Shown here in pieces: positions 28,957-43,175 of a DNA stretch of 64,000 nt. Position numbers and translations under genes: made by a program. The notes beneath the pieces are model-generated. The model did not search any database and was not told the DNA's origin. It was given only the letters and a program-made list of their open reading frames with translations. The DNA comes from Tubiluchus corallicola. Taxonomy: Eukaryota; Animalia; Priapulida. How positions within the stretch are numbered: the stretch's first letter is position 1; every line of letters starts with the position of its first letter. The stretch lies in assembly GCA_030141605.1 (NCBI GenBank), contig JAQGDQ010000788.1:31744-95743 (forward strand), read 5' to 3'.

Positions 28957-29488
28957 GGTTTTACACGTCAAATGTAGACACAGGAAAGTTCAAATGTGAC
29001 TTAGGTAAGTCAAATGTAGACATAGGAATTTCGAATGTGTTTTGGTAACTCAAATGTAACTTAGGTAAGTCAAATGTAGACACAGGAAAGTTCAAATGTG
29101 ACTTAGGTAAGTCAAATGTAGACACAGGAAAGTTCAAATGTGACTTAGGTAAGTCAAATGTAGACATAGGAATTTCGAATGTGTTTTGGTAACTCAAATG
29201 CGACTTAGGTAAGTCAAATGTAGACACAGGAAAGTTCAAATGTGACTTAGGTAAGTCAAATGTAGACATAGGAAAGTTCAAATGTGACTTAGGTAAGTCA
29301 AATGTAAACATAGAACATTTGACTTGACATGTGTCTGCATTTGAGTTACCAAAAACGCTTAAGATTTCTTGAAAACCATTGTTAACACATTTGAACTACC
29401 AAAGTCTACATTTGAGTTACCGAGACACATTTGAATTACCTAACTCTACATTTGAGTTAACGCAGGTCTACATTTGACATGTAAAACC
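28957..29488 (+). mobile_element. Family C MITE, copy 2, with expanded left subterminal repeats
   Basis: Same TIRs and TA flanks as 8989-9601. Confidence 0.85.
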
Positions 29489-29759
29489 TATAATCTTTAA
29501 TCGTATTTTGCCAAATTTTTAATCCCTAAATACTTTCATTATGGTAGGATTTTATGTGTGTGTCACGTGGTAGCTATTGTACACATGTGGTAGTTTTTAT
29601 TGTATACGTTTGTTGATATTACGGGTTTTTATCTGGAATAAAGTGCATCTTATCTTTTTTTTATATAAAAACACTATTTTTCAGTACGAGGAGGAATGTT
29701 TTGGCGAGTACTTTACTTTCTATGCTCAAAAAACAACTGCAATTTATATGAATAAAGTT

Positions 29760-31533
29760 TCAAATTGTTTTCGTAGATTCGTATTGTTAGCTGGTAAACG
29801 ATTCCCAAATTGTTTGCGTAGATTCGTATTGTTAGCTGGTAATCGATTCCCAAATTGTTTGCATAGATTCGTATTATTAGCTGGTAACCGATTCCCAAAT
29901 TGTTTGCATAGATTCGTATTGTTAGCTGGTAATCGATTCCCAAATTGTTTGCATAGATTCGTATTGTTAGCTGGTAATCGATTCCCAAATTGTTTGCATA
30001 GATTCGTATTGTTAGCTGGTAATCGATTCCCAAATTGTTTGCATAGATTCGTATTGTTAGCTGGTAATCGATTCCCAAATTGTTTGCATAGATTCGTAAT
30101 GTTAGCTGGTAATCGATTCCCAAATTGTTTGCATAGATTCGTATTGTTAGCTGGTAATCGATTCCCAAATTGTTTGCATAGATTCGTATTGTTAGCTGGT
30201 AATCGATTCCCAAATTGTTTGCATAGATTCGTATTGTTAGCTGGTAATCGATTCCCAAATTGTTTGCATAGATTCGTATTGTTAGCTGGTAATCGATTCC
30301 CAAATTGTTTGCATAGATTCGTATTGTTAGCTGGTAATCGATTCCCAAATTGTTTGCATAGATTCGTATTGTTAGCTGGTAATCGATTCCCAAATTGTGT
30401 GCATAGATTCGTATTGTTAGCTGGTAATCGATTCCCAAATTGTTTGCATAGATTCGTATTATTAGCTGGTAATCGATTCTCAAATTGTTTGCATAGATTC
30501 GTATTGTTAGCTGGTAAACGATTCTCAAATTGTTTGCATAGATTCGTATTGTTAGCTGGCAAACGATTCTCAAATTGTTTGCATAGATTCGTATTGTTAG
30601 CCGGTAATCGATTCCCAAATTGTTTGCATAGATTCGTATTGTTAGCCGGTAATCGATTCCCAAATTGTTTGCATAGATTCGTATTGTTAGCTGGTAAACA
30701 ATTCTCAAATTGTTTGCATAGATTCGTATTATTAGCTGGTAATCGATTCCCAAATTGTTTGCATAGATTCCTATTGTTAGCTGGTAATCGATTCTCAAAT
30801 TGTTTGCATAGATTCGTATTGTTAGCTGGTAATCGATTCTCAAATTGTTTGCATAGATTCGTATTGTTAGCTGGTAATCGATTCCCAAATTGTTTGCATA
30901 GATTCGTATTGTTAGCTGGTAATCGATTCCCAAATTGTTTGCATAGATTCGTATTGTTAGCTGGTAATCGATTCTCAAATTGTTTGCATAGATTCGTATT
31001 GTTAGCTGGTAATCGATTCCCAAATTGTTTGCATAGATTCGTATTGTTAGCTGGTAATCGATTACCAAATTGTTTGCATAGATTCGCATTGTTAGCTGGT
31101 AATCGATTCTCAAATTGTTTGCATAGATTCCTATTGTTAGCTGGTAATCGATTCCCAAATTGTTTGCATAGATTCGTATTGTTAGCTGGTAATCGATTCT
31201 CAAATTGTTTGCATAGATTCGTATTGTTAGCTGGTAATCGATTCTCAAATTGTTTGCATAGATTCGTATTGTTAGCTGGTAATCGATTCTCAAATTGTTT
31301 GCATAGATTCGTATTGTTAGCTGGTAATCGATTCCCAAATTGTTTGCATAGATTCGTATTGTTAGCTGGTAATCGATTCTCAAATTGTTTGCATAGATTC
31401 GTATTGTTAGCTGGTAATCGATTCTCAAATTGTTTGCATAGATTCGTATTGTTAGCTGGTAATCGATTCCCAAATTGTTTGCATAGATTCGTATTGTTAG
31501 CTGGTAATCGATTCCCAAATTGTTTGCATAGAT
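29760..31533. repeat. 45 bp minisatellite, about 39 copies
   Basis: Unit caaattgtttgcatagattcgtattgttagctggtaatcgattcc. Confidence 0.97.
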
Positions 31534-31889
31534 TTAAAAAGAAGACTGGTTAAATGTAGTAGTTTCAACACTCACCCCAAGATGTCGGCGAGCGGCATGA
31601 TTAGTCCACTGTTAGTACAAAGTGTTCTATCGTAAAAGCCCAACATAAAGAAAATTACTCTTATTTGTTCAAGGTTTTTTAGCATAAGCCGTTGTGACAC
31701 CTGTGCGGGTACTATTATTTTCGTTTTGGTCACATTAGCATAACTGACAAGTAATCTTTAATTGGTACTAAGCAGTTATTAATTACCACTTTTAGTGTAT
31801 TAAGCTGGACGCCTGTTTTATTAACAAATTGACATGCATGGTGGTACTTGAGAGATGGAAAAGGGAGCGAGAGAGGGGGTGGGAGGGAG

Positions 31890-32420
<531 letters not shown>

Positions 32421-33062
32421 CTATGTCTTTTTATAGAGGGCTGAAAGTTTTCTTGGACTTTTTCGCCTCCTCCTCCTCCTCCTTGTCCTCTTATCTCTCT
32501 TATGGTCTCCCCGCACTACAGATTGGATTCGTACTGTTTTGATTCATCTCCTCCTTGTTTGGGTGTCATTTTCTTGGCCTTACAACTGCACTGTCAATGC
32601 CTTACAACTGCACTTTCAATGCCTTACAACTGCAAATTTCGCGCTTAGTAAATGTTCGCTTCAGTCGCCGCTTGTTTAGACTGTTCTCAGGACGACTAGA
32701 ACTGATTGTCGTACGTGCGTAGCATGCACAATTGTCCGACCATACCTTGACAGCATGTATTTGTCTATGCAAAGTGAACAAGGGCTACGCTGCGTGCGTG
32801 TATGCTGTGAAAGTTATAGATCAGACGGTGGCAACGATCAATTCACGTTGCGATATCGAGTGATTCTCAAACAATGAGGCATGGCGAAAAAACGCAGAGT
32901 CAAAAAGCAATGCAAACAAATCAGTCGAATGTCGGCACACAGCAGCACTAGCTGACATAGTTCATTGCTCTGACGGCAGATGGCGTCTAGCGTGTATGTA
33001 TAACCATCAATCGATAAGTTAGTGAGTCGCCAATTAGCCAGTCAATCACTCAGTCTGGCAGT

Positions 33063-33064
33063 TA

Positions 33065-33138
<74 letters not shown>

Positions 33139-33139
33139 G

Positions 33140-33182
<43 letters not shown>

Positions 33183-33285
33183 TTCTCTCTCTCTTTCTGT
33201 CTGTCTGTCGACCTGTCTGTCTGTCTATCTGTCTATCTGTCTATCTGTCTGTCTGTCTGTATGTCTGTCTGTCTGTCTATCTGCC

Positions 33286-33350
<65 letters not shown>
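33063..33350. repeat. (TCTG)n microsatellite
   Basis: Read directly. Confidence 0.95.
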
Positions 33351-34078
33351 GACCGTATCTAAATTTAATAATTAATGAGGCACCTGTCTACTTATTTGCA
33401 TATATACATTATATATGGATAAAGATTATAAGTTGTCTCACGTTGTCGGTCTGTTTATTATAAATAATCCTGCTCTCTTTTTGCTCGTCTGCTTCTTCCG
33501 GTTATATCTTCCTTCACGCCTTCTTTTTCGTCTTTTCTTTTCCTTCACCTCTTTCTTCCTTCATTTCTTCTTTCTTCGTTTTATCACATAAAATTAGGAA
33601 AACATGACAAAGATATTTACAAAAAACTAAGTTTAAAACATACTACCTCTGAATAGAAATTTTCAGGCGTGGTGGTTGCCACCATTCACTTGAAAGTTAT
33701 GACTGGTGGACTTCGTCACTTTTCGTAAGTGCATCGTGGCTTTCCGTAAGCGAGCGCAGCTTAAACTAATTCAAATTTTTGCAGCTTACCTAATGTTCGC
33801 GCAAAAGTATTACAAAATTAGCTATGTAAGTTTTTTGTAATAACTTATTATATTTTTGACGAAGATTGAGTGCTCTTCAGGGTGAGTGACGTCATTGGTG
33901 GACGCAAAAATATTACAAAATTAGCTATGTAAGTTTTTTGTAATAACTTATTATATTTTTGACGAAGATTGAGTGCTCTTCAGGATGAGTGACGTCATTG
34001 GTGGAAGAATGGGTATTGAAAATGGAGGCGCTGAAGCGTGAAGTGATCGCGGCTTTAAAGTGATTTCACTAATTACAC

Positions 34079-34121
<43 letters not shown>

Positions 34122-34575
34122 GTGATTTCACTAATTACACGAGGCGCTTATTGCAGTCTTATTTCTAAATACTGCTAACATTTTTTGCGAACCTTGAAAC
34201 AAGCCTGACTTCCACAAAGGATTGATTTTGCCTTTAAAATTCAGACATGATAAAAATAGATAATGGCATCATTAATTAAAAGTCCATTAAAGAAGAAAGG
34301 TCAGGAAGAGAAAACCTGTCAAGGAAAACGTTTCACTTTGATCTTCCCGTAAATCTTCTATCAACTGGGGGAATTTTGGGGGAAAGGATGAAAATTATTT
34401 GAGATTTAACCACGTTCCACGTGTGGGCGTTTAGTGACAATCATCGTTATTCTATTTAAGCAGAACTTTATTGCCCAGTAAGAGAATGGACAGTTGTGAC
34501 GTCAACTTATTACCTATGAGAAGACGAAGTAGGATAAAAGGTTTGTGAAACTGATGCAACCAAGATGAACTGGTT

Positions 34576-34789
34576 TTTTAACAACCAATCACCCAATACT
34601 ATTAATGCTCAGATTGCCAAACTGCCTTTTACGCCGTAATTAAACAGTTTGAAGATTAGTTACCAGCTAAAGAATGCTGGACAGAGAAAGAGAGAGACAC
34701 TGACAGACAGACAGACACAGAGAAAGAAAAACGGAGAGAGAGAAAGAGAGAGACACGGACTGACAGACAGACACAGAGAGAGAAAGACG

Positions 34790-34835
<46 letters not shown>

Positions 34836-34852
34836 AGAGCGAGGGGGAGAGA

Positions 34853-34891
<39 letters not shown>

Positions 34892-34947
34892 AGAGCGAGG
34901 GGGAGAGAGTGAGAGAGAGAGAAAAAGAGAGAGAGTGAGAGAGAGAG

Positions 34948-35023
<76 letters not shown>

Positions 35024-35299
35024 AACAACCAATCACCCAATACTACTAATGCTCAGATTGCCAAACTGCCTTTTACACCGCAATTAAACAGTTTGAAGAT
35101 TAGTTACCACCTAAAGAATGCTGGGCAGAGAAAGAGAGAAACACCGACAGACAGACAGACACAGAGAGAGAAAAACGGAGAGAGAGAAAGAGAGAGACAC
35201 GGACTGACAGACAGACACAGAGAGAGAAAGACGGAGAGAGAGAAAGAGAGAGAAAAAGAGAGAGAGTGAGAGAGAGAGAAAAAGAGAGAGAGAGGGAGA

Positions 35300-35338
<39 letters not shown>

Positions 35339-35474
35339 AGAGCGAGGGGGAGAGAGAGTGAGAGAGAGAGAAAAAGAGAGAGAGTGAGAGAGAGAGAAAA
35401 AGAGAGAGAGAGGGAGAGAGGAGAGAGAGAGAGAGAGAGAGAGAGGCGAGAGTGAGAGAGAGAGAGACACAGAC

Positions 35475-35518
<44 letters not shown>

Positions 35519-35765
35519 CGAAGGGGAGAGAGAGTGAGAGAGAGAGAAAAAGAGAGAGAGTGAGAGAGAGAGAAAAAGAGAGAGAGAGGGAGAGAGGGAG
35601 AGAGAGGGAGAGAGAGGGAGAGAGAGAGAGAAAGAGAGAGACAGACAGAGAGAGAGAGAGAGAGAGAGAGGCGAGAGAGTGAGAGAGAGAGAGAGAGACA
35701 CTGACAGACAGAGAGAGGAGAGAGAGAAAGAAGGAGAGAGAGAGAGAAAGAGGAGAGGAGACCGG
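34576..35765. repeat. Tandem duplication of a ~105 bp unique head plus GA-rich tract (units at 34576 and 35020)
   Basis: ttttaacaaccaatcacccaatact...aagaatgctgg occurs twice, each time followed by a complex (GA)n tract. Confidence 0.9.
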
Positions 35766-35769
35766 GAGA

Positions 35770-36640
35770 GATTTTTTTATTATTATAAGTCTTATTTACC
35801 TCTATTTGCAGATACAAATATACATATACACATACACATATTGTAAGTATAATAAGTAACATAAATAACACTGGACCTATGTATGTGTTATACAGAACTT
35901 TCCTACAACAAGTAGAAGACATTATTATTTATACGCTAACATTTTAACTACATAACTTCGTATACCAACTTATTAATACATTAGCTAAAAAATTTCATTT
36001 TTAATAAATACGGTTATTTAGCACGGTTTACATTATAAAAGAATCTCGAACTATATTTATAAAAGCAAATTTCCATCTCTTTCTACATCAATGCACTGCA
36101 GCCCTCGGTTTTTTAAATTCTTATCTAGCCACAACATCTGTAAGGGGACATTCACATAATAAATTCATGGGTGTTTGTTGTTCAGCCCCACATGTACAAG
36201 AAGAATCTGATATTAGTCCAATTCTAAACACGAATGCATTAAAATTACCTTACTTTACTAGAAAACTGTGATAAACAATTTCCAGATTTCTATTTACACC
36301 AATAGGAAGTTGCAATTGTGTCAAACACCCTACCTGATTGAGAACAAAATCTACCATCCAGTTACATCTTAATTCGGTAGGTGTTGGTTCAGCGTTTTGC
36401 TAAAAAAATTCTAATTTCCTGATTCTTAAAAGTCAAAAACTCATTGGGAACATCACCAAAATAACTTGTACGAATATTATATGATTTATTCTCCTTTAAA
36501 AATTTACACAAAATTGCTACATGACTGCGCCAGAAATGAGTTCTCACTGATAGGTCGCGGTAAATACTTAACAGCGATGTTCTAAGCACGTCATTTAAGT
36601 TTCTACTCAATTGAGTAAAAATTTGAGAACTATACCTTTA
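35770..36640 (-). mobile_element. Non-LTR retrotransposon 3' fragment with a zinc knuckle
   Basis: Minus-strand NAFVFRIGLISDSSCTCGAEQQTPMNLLCECPL near 36145-36240; the 3' UTR ends in aataataaaaaaa. Confidence 0.65.
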
Positions 36641-36655
36641 TATTCTATGTGTAAG

Positions 36656-36880
<225 letters not shown>

Positions 36881-37558
36881 AATTTATCCAGTAGATGTAT
36901 CATTTTATGACGGAAAGTATTACGAAGATATTAAAGACAAAAGTGACATTTTCTATAAAACTTTTTTCGACGAGAATCGCCTTAATGCGTACGATTTCGA
37001 TAAGAAGTGGAAAGCTCATATGGAAAACAACGTACAGCAATTAGCTCAGCACCTTAAAGGGGTGGACCCATTATGTCTAAATGCAAACATTACCATTTCG
37101 AAAGTAAAGGAAGGAGTAAAACGAACATAGAGCGTTGGAAAAGTTTAGATTTTAGATTTCATCCATTAATGTTAAAACATTTTATGCTTTTCTGCCAAAA
37201 TTGGTAATACTGAATTTGAGTAACCTCTGCATGGAAACGGGTGAGTGGGTTTGGAATCGATTAACATACAAAATATAATAAATAGTACAAATGACAGTGG
37301 GTCTATGATATACAAGTTTACAAAACTATTTTACAGTCTGTGAATTTCTGAGGATAGAAAGGGCAGCTGATGTTGCATGCTGAGATGGCCAATGTTTGAC
37401 ATCGTACACCTAGCGTCATAGTAACTTCAATTGCTATGACGACTTATAATTATATAATAGACGGTCAATCTGGACAAAAGTAAATAACTTTAAACTTGTT
37501 TTTTTCGTCTGTTTCTAGGTGTGAAGACTTGATTATTTGTTTTAGACAACCTTATAAG

Positions 37559-38068
37559 CAGGCTGCATAAGATTATGGATATCCATAAAATAAGACCAAA
37601 AATCCATAAAATAAAATTTGAAAAATCCATAAAATAAGAAATGCATAAAATGAAAAAATATTTTTTTTTGTGATTTTTTGCACAAAATAAGGCAATCAAA
37701 ACTGAATACAGGCATTGGATCGGAAACTTCAGCCAAGAGGGCATTCTACATTCGTACCAAATAGACGAATTATTTGAACTGAAGTGATGAATTACAAGGC
37801 ATTGTCTCGTAAAATTTGATTAAATTTGAAGTGATATGAAACCGATAAAATTAAAACGAAACCGATAAAATTAAAACTAAGTCCTGCGTGTTTAAAAACA
37901 CGTTTCAAGCACTCCTGTTTTTACTTTTTAATTGATTTCCCCCTGGGCATCTCGTTCCAGATATAGTCTATTTCTTATTTTATTGATATCCATAAAATAA
38001 AATTTCAAAAATCCATAAAATGTGCTATTTTATTTATTTTATACATATCCATAATCTTATGCACCCTG
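37559..38068. mobile_element. hAT-like MITE
   Basis: TIR CAGGCTGCATAAGATTATGGATA / TATCCATAATCTTATGCACCCTG, 8 bp TSD cttataag / cttataac, subterminal atccataaaat repeats. Confidence 0.85.
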
Positions 38069-38923
38069 CTTATAACACATGACTTTTTTACTGCCTCCCA
38101 ACTTCGTTTGGCTTCTTTTATTTTGCCTCTCTCGTTCTACACTTTTCAAGTTCCAAACTGAAGCCAGTAACTGTAGTCACACGAAACGCCAAGCTTAATA
38201 AAAATATATGAAATTTTAGTTCCCCCGTTTCCCGTTTTGTCGCTGCTAATTACTATTAAGGGTCTGATGCAAAGAAAAGAACTTCCTGTACACGCATCAG
38301 TCGTGCTAATATTTCTTATTCTGCGTTTCCTTGAGGTGGGGGCGTCTCTAGTAAACGGTCAGCAGTTTATTAATGAGTGACGGCATCATTAAGCGCTTAG
38401 TTTACTTCCAAATTTCGTTAAAGGTTAATGTAGACGCAGAGAGCTACATTTTAATCATAACAAAAAAGCTCATTTTATTTAAAGCACAAGAAAATCCTTC
38501 ATTTACCAAAAGCTTAAGAAGTTTGTCTTGAAATTTTGTTGTTCATTACATGCTGCCTTATTGCATACAGAGCTTGTATTGCTAGTAACCGTAATCATTT
38601 TGACCAAGTCATTTTGAAACAAGTTTAGCTAACATTGTTTAAGGTTTAAGAAAAAATAAATAGATGAATAATAGAGCACAGTTCATTAACTAAGCTAAAC
38701 TTTTGATTACTGTATCTTAATAGTCTTTGAAAATTAGAGATTAAAAAGAGCTCTTTTTGGGAGTCAGTGGTGCGCAGTGGAACGGAAGTGGTGCTGACAA
38801 GCCACTGGCGTAGCAGTGTCTAGTTTTTTTGCTGGATTACTGCTGCGTTTACCTGTCTGAAGGCAGATTTCTTTTGTTTTAGAATTCTGCCTGCCCAATG
38901 TCTACAATAGACGTGACGGGCGT

Positions 38924-39058
<135 letters not shown>

Positions 39059-39063
<5 letters not shown>

Positions 39064-39833
39064 GAGTGGAAAGGTGGGTCAGCCAATTTGAAATGACTAA
39101 GAATTTTCTTCTCAAGTTACATAAGTCTCTCAAGCAGGCAAGTGCAAAACTAAGTAACATAATCTTGCATGGACAGTTTTTGACACATAGTTTAACATTG
39201 CCTTTTCTTCCCCTTTAAAGCTATATTTAATTTTAATCGCCTTTTTGGTGGCGCTTGAAGTACTGACTGTTTTTCAAGAAATTTGTGAGTTGTAGACGAT
39301 ACCAGTGCTGAGCTGAAATTGTTTGATTCTCATCTTTGCACGTTGTTCTCGTTTACGTTGCCGTTGTGGTTGTACATGTGGAAGTTTTTGTGGTTGTGGT
39401 TGCAGATGTAGCTGTGGACGTGGTTGTACGTGCAGTTATAGATGTGTGATGAGTGGAAAGGTGGGTCAGCCAATTTGAAATGACTAAGAATTTTCTTCTC
39501 AAGTTACATAAGTCTCTCAAGCAGGCAAGTGCAAAACTAAGTAACATAATCTTGCATGGACAGTTTTTGACACATAGTTTAACATTGCCTTTTCTTCCCC
39601 TTTAAAGCTATATTTAATTTTAATCGCCTTTTTGGTGGCGCTTGAAGTACTGACTGTTTTTCAAGAAATTTGTGAGTTGTAGACGATACCAGTGCTGAGC
39701 TGAAATTGTTTGATTCTCATCTTTGCACGTTGTTCTCGTTTACGTTGCCGTTGTGGTTGTACATGTGGAAGTTTTTGTGGTTGTGGTTGCAGATGTAGAT
39801 GTGGACGTGGTTGTACGTGCAGTTATAGATGTG
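39059..39833. repeat. Near-perfect 387 bp tandem duplication
   Basis: gatgagtggaaaggtgggtcagcc... starts at 39061 and again at 39448. Confidence 0.92.
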
Positions 39834-40860
39834 TGGATGTGGTTGTGGATGTGGATGTGGATGTGGTTGTACGTGCAGTTATAGATGTGTGGATGTGGTT
39901 GTGGATGTGGATGTGGTTGGAGATGTGGATGTGGATGTGGTTGTACGTGCAGTTATAGATGTGTGGATGTGGTTGTGGTTGCAGATGTAGATGTGGACGT
40001 GGTTGTACGTGCAGTTATAGATGTGTGGATGTGGTTGTGGATGTGGATGTGGATGTGGTGGTACGTGCAGTTATAGATGTGTGGATGTGGTTGTGGATGT
40101 GGATGTGGTTGTGGATGTGGATGTGGTTGTACGTGCCGTTATAGATGTGTGGATGTGGTTGTGGATGTGGATGTGGTTGGAGATGTAGATGTGGACGTGG
40201 TTGTACGTGTAGTTATAGATGTGTGGATGTGGTTGTGGATGTGGATGTGGTTGGAGATGTAGATGTGGACGTGGTTGTTGTTGTGATTGTCGATGTAGAT
40301 GTGGATGTGGATGTGGTTGTACGTGCAGTTATAGATGTGGTTGTAGATATGGGTGAGATAGTGGTTGTGGTTGTAGATATGAATGTGATTGCGATGTGGT
40401 TGTAGATGTGGATGTAGTGGTTGTAGATGTGGATATGGTTGTGGTTGTGGATGTGGATGTGGATGTGGTTGGAGATGTGGATGTGGATGTCGTTGTGGTT
40501 GTTGTTGTAGATGTGAATGTGATTGCGATGTGGTTGTAGATGTGGATGTAGTGGTTGTAGATGTGGATGTGGATGTGGTTGTGGATGTGGATGTGGTTGT
40601 AGATGTGGTTGTAGATGTGGTGCCAGTGTCGCTGTCTTCGTTGGTATTACAGTTGTTATTGTTGTAGCTGCTGCTGACGATGATGATGATAATGTTGTTG
40701 TTGTTGTTGTTGTTATTATTGTCACCGTCGTCATTGTCATTGTTGCTCTTGTTACTGCTGCTGCAGTTGTTGTTGTTATTGTTATTGTTGTTGTTTGCTG
40801 CTGCTGCTGATGCTGTTTGAGTTGTTGTTGCTATTGTTGTTGTTGTCGTCGTCTTCATCG
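39770..40860. repeat. Complex (GTGGAT/GTGGTT)n satellite grading into (GTT)n
   Basis: Read directly. Confidence 0.9.
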
Positions 40861-42558
40861 CTAGCTACCGTTCTTGTTGCTGTTGCCGTTATCAAATTTA
40901 ACAATTCTACCTTTCCAATATTCTAAGATGAGTGCTGCTGATCTATCCATCAAAAAATTGACAGAAAATTTTCAATGTAAGCACAGAGCTCGCTGCACAA
41001 AGCAAAACGCTTTCAGGAATTCGCTCTTCAGTAAAGTAAGTGTTTTAGAGTTGAGTATCCTTGAACATCAGAAAGTAATGCCGCCGACCAGTAATCCCAG
41101 CAATTCTCTGCGTCATCTGCACATGACGTTTAGATGAAGCCAAACTAGGTGAGTGAGGAGTAAAGCCTGGAAGCCAGAGCGGTGACACACGCAAGGAGAA
41201 ACCGGAAGTTCGGTCACACACAGAAGGTGACACACACAGTGACTCACAAATGAAAAAACATGACACTTTGTGACTTAGTGGTTGACAGAGAGAGACAGAA
41301 AATGGCAACATGTCCATGCACTTCGTATCATTGGGGTGGGTCAACATTTTGGCCACTGTTCGTAGGAGGAACCTATTTTTCTGATGTGGCATAAAATCTT
41401 GCACTGCAAAGGCTACCAAATAGCTGATAGCTTAAAAAGGGAAGAAAATGGAATTTCAAAGCATCTCTCAATGGATTTTTCATAAAAAAACGATATTACT
41501 TAGCATTACGCTTGCTTTTTGAAAGACGTATCTAATCGGAAAAGGAAATTCTTAAAAATTTAAAATATTCGCGCCACCTGGTAAAACAGCAAAACATAAA
41601 GAAAAGACAATGACAAGATTTATTTACCGTCGCCTCATTTAACAGACAACAATCGCCATCCCAGCGTGCACCACTGGCTCACACTATTGATCTTACTTAT
41701 AAAATACAGTAATTAAAACAATTATTTAGTTAGTGAAGAGTATGCCTCAAATACTGTGATTATTTCTTCAAACTTTGTGCACTGCCATCTAAACTTGTGT
41801 CGAACGAGTTAACGATATAATGGCTGCGCTTAACCGTCATCGCGGGAATTTAAATTTCCAAGTTTTATACAGCGTTACTGCAAACGCAAGCTCTGTGTGC
41901 AGCAAGATAGCATGCAAGTGATATAAAATTTCAAAAGCTCTATATATAAAGAGCGTTTTTTCGTGCTTCAATAACACGCATTATTAAAGCTCTGAATTGC
42001 CTTCTATCATTTACGCAATCAAATTTACGTGCGATTTTATAGTAGAATCTTGAAGATATGGACTGTTGTAATGTATGAATCGTTGGTTTTATCTTATGTC
42101 ATACTGTTTTACATTCTGTACAATATTTAATTTTTAGTACTTGTATGTTCAGTAAAGCGCATCATTAGCAGAGAACCTATAAAAATACGTTAGAATTTGA
42201 ATTATTGACACAGTTTTACATCGCTCGCTTAGTTCACTGACGTGGCACCAGGGGGGTAAATTTTGTGTAACTCTGAACATGCCGGTCACTACAAGTCTTG
42301 TGGTCGTGTAGATAATATGATGGAACAGAGTACTGTGCATATGAATTTGTCCATAAGATAAATTATAACAAAGCTTACCAATTGTCCGTTTAAATTATAA
42401 AAATGATTACTAAGTGTCCAATCGACAATTGTCCATTTCACAAAGAAGCCTTTGCCACCATTAGATTGTCTGAATTTTAATAACTTCAGTTGCTAACAAG
42501 ATATTATTGTTGAAACTTGATCAATTTCATTTACACGAATTACTCTAATATTGGAAAT

Positions 42559-43141
42559 GAACCTAGCCACTGGTGGGGGGGGCGGGGGCAAGCCAGCCCA
42601 ACTCAGTGCCGATCCCAAGCCCGGATAAATAGGGAGGGTTAGGGTCAGGAAAGGCATCCGCCTGTAAAAACTGCGCCAAAACCTTCTATGAATGAGTCGG
42701 TGAGACTTAAAGGTAAAGTCCGCAAAGAAGTGGTCAGACCCGCTCTAATCTATGGGCTGGAAGCAGCTTCTCTAAAGAAGACCGAAGAGAAGAAAATGGG
42801 TGTGGTGGAGATGAGGATGTTGAGATGGATGGTGGGATTAACAAGAAGAGATAAAATTAGAAATAATAATATCAGAGGAACAGTAAAAGTAGTGGAAGCC
42901 TCGCAAGATTGCGATGGTATGGACACCTGAAAAGAAGAGTCGGTGAAGATCATGTGGGAAGGGAGGCCATGGAAATGAAAGTGCTGGGAAGAGGACGACC
43001 CAAGCGGAGATGGATTGAAGGTATTAATGGTGACCTTAGAGAGAAGAACATAAATTAAGAGATGGCCAACAACAGGAATGCGTGGAGAAGACTCATTCAC
43101 AACGGCGACCCCGCACAGGGAAAAGCTGGGAAGAAGAAGAA

Positions 43142-43172
<31 letters not shown>

Positions 43173-43175
43173 AAG
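42559..43175 (+). mobile_element. Internally deleted (bipartite) RTE-clade retrotransposon
   Basis: 17 bp TSD actctaatattggaaat (42542-42558, 43176-43192); ~130 bp 5' module joined to the ORF end VRPALIYGLEA...EMRMLRWMVGLTRRDKIRN; (AAG)n tail. Confidence 0.9.
42594..42645 (+). ncRNA. Twister-ribozyme-like motif (degenerate) at the RTE 5' end
   Basis: GCCGaTCCCAAGCCCGGATAAAtaGGGAGGG versus the canonical twister core GCCGGTCCCAAGCCCGGATAAA...GGAGGG. Confidence 0.7.

Noticed and set aside
29577-31553. 658, 601 and 272 aa ORFs with 15-residue repeats
   Set aside because: Products of a 45 bp minisatellite that is open in several frames on both strands; no splice or domain context.
40928-41036. 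Possible plus-strand exon MSAADLSIKK... ending AAA|GTAAGT
   Set aside because: No recognisable protein similarity or partner exons.
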